DNA of 12,159 nt. Source: Gemmatimonadales bacterium. Lineage in GTDB: Bacteria > Gemmatimonadota > Gemmatimonadetes > Gemmatimonadales > GWC2-71-9. The notes beneath the pieces are model-generated. The model did not search any database, was not told where the DNA came from, and worked only from the letters and a program-made list of their open reading frames with translations. Below, one piece after another: positions 1 through 6,121 of this stretch. The position numbers and the translations under genes are program-made. The DNA is taken from NCBI GenBank assembly GCA_039794085.1, contig JBDIWC010000083.1, positions 1 to 12,159 of the forward strand, in the 5' to 3' direction. Each line of letters opens with the position of its first letter. Position 1 is the stretch's first letter.

Positions 1-351
1 CGCAGGGGCCGTCGCTTTCGTCGGAGCCGGTGCCGGGGCCGCGGGGGCGGGCTCCGGCGACGGTGCGGGCGTCGGAGCGGCGGGAGCCTCCGCGCTCACC
101 GCGGCCCCGGCCTCGGTTTCGATCCGGGCCACCACCGTCTGCACTGCCACAGTCTCCCCTTCCTTCACCAGCACTTCGGCCAGGACACCTGCCCCGGGGG
201 ACGGAATCTCCGCATCCACCTTGTCCGTGGAAATCTCGAAGATCGGTTCGTCGCGCTTGACCGTCTCCCCGACCTGTTTCAGCCAGCGCGAGAGGGTTCC
301 TTCGGCAATCGATTCCCCCATCTGGGGCATGATGACGTCAATCCGGGCCAT
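1..351 (-). CDS. 2-oxoacid dehydrogenase E2 (dihydrolipoamide acyltransferase), N-terminal lipoyl domain and Ala/Pro linker; runs off the window edge
   Basis: Not in the ORF track; translated by hand from the ATG at 351: [80 protein letters not shown], then an A/P-rich linker. Has the lipoyl-lysine motif STDKV, a strong SD (AGGAGAAGGAG) just upstream, and lies directly after E1-beta. Confidence 0.95.
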   Translation of the reverse strand, partial: [117 protein letters not shown]

Positions 352-397
352 GATCTCCTTCTCCTGCGGGACTCCGCCTCGGCGGGGGCCGCATCGG

Positions 398-1378
398 TCA
401 GTAGGCGGCGAGCCAGCGCGCGGCGCGCACCAGGTCGTCCGTGTGGGGCAACACATAGTCCTCGAGCGTCGGCGCGTAGGGGAGCGGCACATCCAGCGCC
501 GCCACCCGGCGTACCGGGGCATCGAGAAACTCGAAACACCGTTCGTTGATCCGGGCCGTGATCTCACCGGCCACGCCCCCGGTCTTCGTGTCCTCATGGG
601 CGATCAGGACCCGGTTCGTCTTGCGCACCGTCGCCTCGATCGCCGCATCATCCATCGGCAGGAGGGTGCGCAGATCGAGCACCTCCACCGACACGCCCTC
701 CCGTTCCAGCACCTCCGCGGCCTCCAAGGCGCGGAACACCATGGCGGACCAGGTGATGATGCTCAGATCCCGGCCCTCCCGGGCCAGGCGGGCCGTGCCG
801 ATCGGGGTCACGACCTCCTCGCCCTCCGGCAGGTCCTCCTTCACCCGTCGGTAAAGATACTTGTGTTCGAAGAAGAGCACCGGATCCTCGTCACGGATGG
901 CGCTTGTGATCAGTCCCTTGGCGTCCCTCGCCGTCGCCGGGCAGACGATCTTGAGCCCGGGAGTATGCAGGTACGCGGCCTCCGGCATCTGGGAATGGAA
1001 GGGTCCCCCGCGCACATACCCTCCGCAGGGGCCGCGGATCACCATCGGAGTGGGAAGGCCTCCGGCCCGGTACCGCGCGGTGGCCACATAGTTGGTGAGA
1101 ATCGAATAGGCGCAGGAGAGGAAGTCGATGAACTGCATCTCGCACACCGGCCGGAGCCCCATGTGGGCCGCCCCTGCCGCCGCGCCGACGATGGCCGTTT
1201 CCGAAATCGGGGTGTCGATGACACGGTTGGCACCAAAACGGGCAAGGAACCCTTCGGTCACCTTGAAGGCCCCCCCGTAGGCCCCGATGTCCTGGCCGAG
1301 GAGAAAGACCCGGTCGTCCCGGGCCATCTCCTCGGAGAGGCCCTGGCGGATCGCCTCCAGATAGGTGATCTCAGCCAT
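398..1378 (-). CDS. 2-oxoacid dehydrogenase E1 beta subunit (pyruvate or branched-chain type)
   Basis: From the ATG at 1378: MAEITYLEAIRQGL..., with GQDIGAYGGAFKVT, DTPISE, EMQFIDF, GGPFHSQ, FFEHK and DLRTLLP motifs. GGAG SD upstream; overlaps the E1-alpha stop by 8 nt (ATGGCTGA). Confidence 0.95.
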   Translation of the reverse strand: MAEITYLEAIRQGLSEEMARDDRVFLLGQDIGAYGGAFKVTEGFLARFGANRVIDTPISETAIVGAAAGAAHMGLRPVCEMQFIDFLSCAYSILTNYVATARYRAGGLPTPMVIRGPCGGYVRGGPFHSQMPEAAYLHTPGLKIVCPATARDAKGLITSAIRDEDPVLFFEHKYLYRRVKEDLPEGEEVVTPIGTARLAREGRDLSIITWSAMVFRALEAAEVLEREGVSVEVLDLRTLLPMDDAAIEATVRKTNRVLIAHEDTKTGGVAGEITARINERCFEFLDAPVRRVAALDVPLPYAPTLEDYVLPHTDDLVRAARWLAAY

Positions 1379-2426
1379 CGAGTCTCCGGTACCATTCCGG
1401 CTCGAGGCATGGCGGGTTGGCATACACGCCGTCAAGTGCGCTTTCGGGGTCGGGCATCGGCTCATTCTCGCAGGCGGCCACGGCCACATCGAGTTGGGCC
1501 TCGACCCGGGCGTCGAGGGCCTGGAGTTCGTCGGCGGTGGCCCACCCCGCCTCGGTGAACCGCTGGAGGGCCCGGGCGATGGGATCGTTGGCTTCCCAGT
1601 GCCGCAGTTCCTCGGCGGAGACGTAGGACTGGTTGTCGTGCTCGGCGTGTCCTTTCCGGCGGTAGGTCAACAGTTCGATCAGGGTCACTCCCTCTCCGGC
1701 CCGGGCCCGGTCCACAGCGGCCCGGGTCACCTCGTACACCGCCAGGACATCGTTGCCATCCGCCTGCACGCCGGGAATTCCGTAGCCGGCGGCCTTCTCG
1801 ACCAAGGACGACACGGCGGTCTGCCGGTGCAGTGGCGTGGAGAAGGCGTACCCGTTGTTCTCCACGATCACCACCAGGGGGAGTCGCTGCACGGCGGCGA
1901 AGTTCAGCCCTTCATGGAACGAGCCGGTGCTCGTGGCCCCGTCGCCCGCATACACGAGCCCCACGCGGTCCTGCCGCAGGATCCGGAAGGAGAGGGCGAC
2001 ACCCGCCATCACCGCCACCATGTCGCCCAGGTGGGAGATCTGTCCGAGAAACCCCCGCTGGAGGTCGTTGAAGTGGATGTTCAGTTCCCGGCCCCGGGTC
2101 GGGCTTTCCGCCTTGGCCATGTACTGCCGCAACACTTCGATGGGGAGGGCGCCCTGCACCAGCATCGAGCCGAGGTTGCGAATGAGCGGGGAGAGGATGT
2201 CGCCCCGGGAGCGGTCCAGCGCGTAGGCACTGCCGACGGCGTCGGCCTCCTGGCCCAGGGACCGGAAGAGCCCGCCAATGACCCGGGTCTGGCGGTAGAG
2301 GTTGACCAGTCGCTCCTCGAGCGACCGGGTCAACCTCATGTAATAGTAGAGCTCGTGTATCTGGGCACGCGTCAGCCCCGCCGGCGGAGCCGGGGCGGAG
2401 GGATCCGGAGCCGCCCTCGCCGACAC
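1371..2426 (-). CDS. 2-oxoacid dehydrogenase E1 alpha subunit (TPP-dependent)
   Basis: TPP-binding motif GDGATS...ENNGYA, plus GQEA, DGNDVLAV and the TYRRKGHAEHD active-site loop. GTG start at 2426; the exact start is uncertain because there is no clear SD. Confidence 0.93.
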   Translation of the reverse strand: MSARAAPDPSAPAPPAGLTRAQIHELYYYMRLTRSLEERLVNLYRQTRVIGGLFRSLGQEADAVGSAYALDRSRGDILSPLIRNLGSMLVQGALPIEVLRQYMAKAESPTRGRELNIHFNDLQRGFLGQISHLGDMVAVMAGVALSFRILRQDRVGLVYAGDGATSTGSFHEGLNFAAVQRLPLVVIVENNGYAFSTPLHRQTAVSSLVEKAAGYGIPGVQADGNDVLAVYEVTRAAVDRARAGEGVTLIELLTYRRKGHAEHDNQSYVSAEELRHWEANDPIARALQRFTEAGWATADELQALDARVEAQLDVAVAACENEPMPDPESALDGVYANPPCLEPEWYRRLDG

Positions 2427-2434
2427 GGGGCGGG

Positions 2435-2725
2435 TCAGTACGCGCCGCGCAACACGTGCGACGGCTCCGCCGCGGTGTGCACCACGCCCAGGAAGCGCTT
2501 CACCAGCTTGTCCACTTCGCTTTCGCCCGGCTGGTTCGTTTCCGCGGTGACGAGGGTGTAGTGGCCCCCCTCGGCCTGCACCGTGAGGGTGACCTGCCCG
2601 ATGGCGCCGGAAAATCGGCGGCGCCGGGCTCCCTCCTCCACCGGGGTGAGCCGGGCGCCTAAATAAGAGGCCGCCCGGGCCACCACGTCATCGGGGGATA
2701 CACTGGTACGGTGAAAGTACTTCAT
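2435..2725 (-). CDS. Hypothetical protein, 96 aa
   Basis: From the ATG at 2725: MKYFHRTSVSPDDVVARAASYLG...HVLRGAY. It fills the gap between ino1 (14 nt away) and E1-alpha (8 nt away) on the same strand, and has globular-protein-like composition. Confidence 0.8.
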   Translation of the reverse strand: MKYFHRTSVSPDDVVARAASYLGARLTPVEEGARRRRFSGAIGQVTLTVQAEGGHYTLVTAETNQPGESEVDKLVKRFLGVVHTAAEPSHVLRGAY

Positions 2726-2739
2726 GGCCGGGTCCCGGT

Positions 2740-4071
2740 TCAGGCGTCCGTCGACTCGTAGTACTCCACCCCCAGGTGCGTGATCTGCTCCTCCCCCACC
2801 ATGTAGCGCAACGTGTTCTTGAGCTTGGTGAGCTGAATGAACAGGTCGTGCTCCGGGTAGAGCCCCGGCGCGGTCTGCGGGCTCTTGAAGTAGAAGGAAA
2901 GCCACTCCTGAATCCCATGCATCCCGGCGCGCTGGGCCAGATCGAAGAAGAGGGCCAGATCGAGCACCAGCGGGGCGGCCAGGATCGAGTCGCGGCAGAG
3001 GAAATCGACCTTGATCTGCATCGGATAGCCAAGCCACCCGAAGATGTCGATGTTGTCCCACCCTTCCTTGTTGTCGCCGCGCGGAGGGTAGTAGTTGATC
3101 CGGACCTTGTGGAAAATGTTCTCGTACAACTGCGGATAGAGCTTCGGCTGGAGGATGTACTCGAGCACCCCGAGCTTGGACTCCTCCTTGGTCTTGAAGC
3201 TCTCCGGATCGTCGAGGATCTCGCCGTCCCGATTGCCCAGGATGTTCGTGGAGTACCAGCCGGCCACGCCGAGCATGCGCGCCTTGAACATCGGGGCGAG
3301 CACGGTCTTGACCATCGTCTGGCCGGTCTTGAAGTCCTTCCCGCCGATCGCCACCTGCTTGGCGGCGGCGAGTTCCACCATGGCCCCCATGTCACAGGAG
3401 AGATTGGGCGCCCCATTGGCGTAGGGCACCCCCTCCATCAACGCGGCCCAGGCGTAGAGCATCGACGGGGCGATCGCCGGATCATTGGCGTCCATCGCCG
3501 CTTCGAACGCCGCCAGGGTGGCATGCTGCGGGCCCGGGGCGATAAACACCTCGGTGGAGGCGCACCAGACCACCACCAGGCGGGAGCAGCCGTGTTTCGC
3601 CTTGAAGTCGCGGATGTCCTGGCGGATGGCCTCGGCGAGTTCCCGCCGGGTGCCCTTCTTGACGTTGGTGCCGGTGAGGCGCTTGACGTAGTGCTGGTCG
3701 AAGGCCGCCGGCATCGGGGTCACCGTCTTCAGGAAGTCGGCGATCGGCTCGACATGCTCGTGCTTGTCAAGCACTCCACAGACCAACGCCGACCGGTAGG
3801 CATTGTCCGGCACCGGATCCCAGGCCCCAAACACGATGTCGTCGAGCGACGCGAGGGGGACAAAGTCCTTGATGAGGGGTGTCCGGTGATCGGTGCGCTT
3901 GCCGAGCCTGATCGTTCCCATCTGGGTCAGGGCCCCGAAAGCGGTGGCCTTGCCCCGGCGAACATTTTCCACCCCGGCGATGAACGTGGTGGCGACGGCC
4001 CCCAGGCCAACACAGAGGATACCGAGTTTTCCCGTGGCCGGCGCAATGGGCCGGGCAGTACGATCAGGCAC
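2740..4071 (-). CDS. ino1: myo-inositol-1(3)-phosphate synthase
   Basis: Rossmann motif GLGAVA, plus NGAP, GKDFKTGQT, NILGNRDG, GDNKE, CRDSILAAP and SFYFKSP. The GTG at 4071 is preferred because AAAGGA lies 6 nt upstream; the ATG at 4077 is an alternative. Confidence 0.95.
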   Translation of the reverse strand: MPDRTARPIAPATGKLGILCVGLGAVATTFIAGVENVRRGKATAFGALTQMGTIRLGKRTDHRTPLIKDFVPLASLDDIVFGAWDPVPDNAYRSALVCGVLDKHEHVEPIADFLKTVTPMPAAFDQHYVKRLTGTNVKKGTRRELAEAIRQDIRDFKAKHGCSRLVVVWCASTEVFIAPGPQHATLAAFEAAMDANDPAIAPSMLYAWAALMEGVPYANGAPNLSCDMGAMVELAAAKQVAIGGKDFKTGQTMVKTVLAPMFKARMLGVAGWYSTNILGNRDGEILDDPESFKTKEESKLGVLEYILQPKLYPQLYENIFHKVRINYYPPRGDNKEGWDNIDIFGWLGYPMQIKVDFLCRDSILAAPLVLDLALFFDLAQRAGMHGIQEWLSFYFKSPQTAPGLYPEHDLFIQLTKLKNTLRYMVGEEQITHLGVEYYESTDA

Positions 4072-4103
4072 GCGCATTCCTTTCCGTTGAGAAGCGTCCC
4101 GGA

Positions 4104-4745
4104 TCACGTCGCGGGCCGGCCCATGCCGGCATCCCGGGTGATCTGGTGGACATAGACAAAACGTTGGACGACTGTAATCGTCGAACCGAGGGCCAGCAGA
4201 GCCACCAGGACATGCAACAGGAGCCCCTGGGGACCGCCCCCGAAAAACAGCACCGGGACCCCGATCCCGATCAGCCGTTCGGCCCGTTGCACCAGGCCGA
4301 CCTTGCATTCCAGCCCCAGGCCCTCGGCACGGGCCCGAGCATACGACACCAGCGTGCTCGCGAGAATCGCCGCCATGCACATCAGGGCGCCCAGCACCGG
4401 CGCGATGACCTCGGGGGTGGTGAGAAACCAGGCCCCGATCCCCATAAACGTCACCCCGTCCCCCAGCCGATCCAGCGTGGAGTCGTAAAAGGCCCCGAAG
4501 ACCGAGGCGCGACCCGTCTCCCTCGCCACCTGCCCGTCCAGCGTGTCAACCACCCCGCTGAACAGAAGGAGGCCGGCGCCGGTGCGGAGCATCCCGAATC
4601 CCGTCGCCACGGCGGACGCCACCACCACGGCGGCACCCACCGTCGTGATGTCGTTGGGACGAACCCCCCGGCGGATCAGCCAGGACGTGACCGGCCTGGT
4701 CGTCGCGAAGAACGCACCTTCGAGGGATGCCGTGACCAACTTCAT
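4104..4745 (-). CDS. pgsA: CDP-alcohol phosphatidyltransferase, probable phosphatidylinositol-phosphate synthase
   Basis: Family signature DTLDGQVAR...GAFYDSTLDR, plus PNDIT, SYARARAEGLG and RAERL segments typical of PIP-synthase-like members. Hydrophobic, has a GGAGG SD, and is adjacent to ino1. Confidence 0.88.
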   Translation of the reverse strand: MKLVTASLEGAFFATTRPVTSWLIRRGVRPNDITTVGAAVVVASAVATGFGMLRTGAGLLLFSGVVDTLDGQVARETGRASVFGAFYDSTLDRLGDGVTFMGIGAWFLTTPEVIAPVLGALMCMAAILASTLVSYARARAEGLGLECKVGLVQRAERLIGIGVPVLFFGGGPQGLLLHVLVALLALGSTITVVQRFVYVHQITRDAGMGRPAT

Positions 4746-4810
4746 GAACGTGCATCCTCCCAGAGAGATGCCATGCCCCGTTCACCCCGCCGGGGCCAAA
4801 GTAGCCCTGA

Positions 4811-4840
4811 AAAATAACCTCCCCACCGACCCAGGGGCAA
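4811..4840 (-). promoter_or_regulatory. Candidate sigma70-type promoter for the pgsA-ino1-hyp-E1/E2 operon
   Basis: Minus strand TTGCCC (4840-4835), 18-nt spacer, TATTTT (4816-4811), in the only AT-rich patch of the namZ-pgsA intergenic region. Confidence 0.45.
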
Positions 4841-4879
4841 TCGTGCACCCTCTCCCTCCCGCCGCGCCGGTCGCGCGGA

Positions 4880-6121
4880 TCACCGGCCCGCCCCGGGGGA
4901 GATCCCCAACACCTCCGCCCGGTGCCTCCGGAACGCATCCAGCGCACCGGGCCAGGCCGAGACGATTTCCGCCGCCGGAACCCCGCGCGCGAGCGCGAGG
5001 CGCAACTGATCGGTTCCGGCGAGTCGATCGAAGTGGGCCGGGATGAATCCGATCTGTTCGCCGTGAATCGCGACGATCGCCTCGAGGAGCTGCACGGCGG
5101 TGCGGGTGGGGTCGTAGAGGACCCGGTCTGTAACCTGAAGCTGGATGCCCACCGAGAGGGTGTCGGTGAGCTTTCCATCACCCGGAGTTCTGGGGAGGAA
5201 GGTGACACCCTGGAAGCGCACCCCCGGAAGCGCCGCCGCCCTCACCCGCGCCAGCACCCGGGTGGTGTCGAGCCAGGGAGCACCGATCCGGGTGAAGGGT
5301 TCGTCCGTCCCGCGGCCCACCGAGAGGGCGGTTCCCTCGAAGAGACAGAGGCCGGGATAATGGTACAGCGCCTCCATGCTCCGCAGATTCGGGCTGGGAG
5401 GGCGAAACGGGAGACCGGTTTCGTCAAGGGGAAGGTCCCGAGACCACCCGGTCACCGGCACCACCCGCAGGTCCACGTCGATGCCGAGGTCGTGCCGAGC
5501 CAGCCGCACCAGTTCCCCGAAGGTCATCCCGTGTCGCATCGGGAGGGCAAGGCGGCCGACCGGACTCTGGAAGGCGGGATCCAGCACATTCCCCTGGACC
5601 GCCTCCCCAATGGGGTTGGGGCGGTCGAGAACCACCACCGGCACGCCGGCCGCCCCGGCCACCCGCATCACGTCCACCGCCAGATGGAGCCAGGTGAAGT
5701 ACCGGGATCCCACGTCCTGCAGATCGATCAGCAGCACGTCCGCGTCGGCCACGCGCGCCAGATTGCCCGCTGCTTCGGAGCCGTAGAGACTGTAGATTGG
5801 GAGACCGGTGGTGCTGTCCACGGTCGAGGTCACCTCCTCACCGGGCGCCGCCATCCCACGAAAGCCATGCTCGGGAGAGAAGATGGCCACCAGATTCACG
5901 CCGTGATCCCGCAGAACCTCCACCCCATGCCGCCCGTGGCGGTCCACCCCGGCCTGGTTGGTGAGCAGTCCCACCCTCCGGCCCGTCACCAGATGGACGC
6001 TGTCCTCCACCAGCACCTCGAGGCCGGGACGTACCCGGGTCGCGACGGGAGAGGTCTCGCCCCCCCCACAGGCCCCTGCCGCGAGCAGGGCGGTGCCCGC
6101 CAGGCGCCAGGCCGTGGTCAT
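4880..6121 (-). CDS. namZ: Exo-beta-N-acetylmuramidase NamZ family (DUF1343), predicted lipoprotein
   Basis: ATG at 6121 with a GAGGAG SD; signal MTTAWRLAGTALLAAGA-C (Cys18). Motifs GLLTNQ, FSPEHG, SLYG, DLQDVGSRYFT, LDRPNP, RHGMTFGEL, PSPNL and EGT-SVGRGT. Confidence 0.92.
   Translation of the reverse strand: MTTAWRLAGTALLAAGACGGGETSPVATRVRPGLEVLVEDSVHLVTGRRVGLLTNQAGVDRHGRHGVEVLRDHGVNLVAIFSPEHGFRGMAAPGEEVTSTVDSTTGLPIYSLYGSEAAGNLARVADADVLLIDLQDVGSRYFTWLHLAVDVMRVAGAAGVPVVVLDRPNPIGEAVQGNVLDPAFQSPVGRLALPMRHGMTFGELVRLARHDLGIDVDLRVVPVTGWSRDLPLDETGLPFRPPSPNLRSMEALYHYPGLCLFEGTALSVGRGTDEPFTRIGAPWLDTTRVLARVRAAALPGVRFQGVTFLPRTPGDGKLTDTLSVGIQLQVTDRVLYDPTRTAVQLLEAIVAIHGEQIGFIPAHFDRLAGTDQLRLALARGVPAAEIVSAWPGALDAFRRHRAEVLGISPGAGR

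Noticed and set aside
365..393. GC hairpin between E1-beta and E2, and a similar 6-bp hairpin at 4862-4878, as terminators
   Set aside because: No U-tract follows either one, and short GC stems arise readily by chance at this base composition.
221..4817. Long plus-strand ORFs (221-1558, 1365-2561, 2776-4155, 4146-4817)
   Set aside because: They are antisense shadows of well-supported minus-strand genes and have no recognisable motifs.
4922..5992. N-terminal extension of the 1348-aa ORF
   Set aside because: It is the codon-aligned antisense of namZ, is H/R/P-rich and shows no domain motifs. Such shadow frames are common in GC-rich genes.
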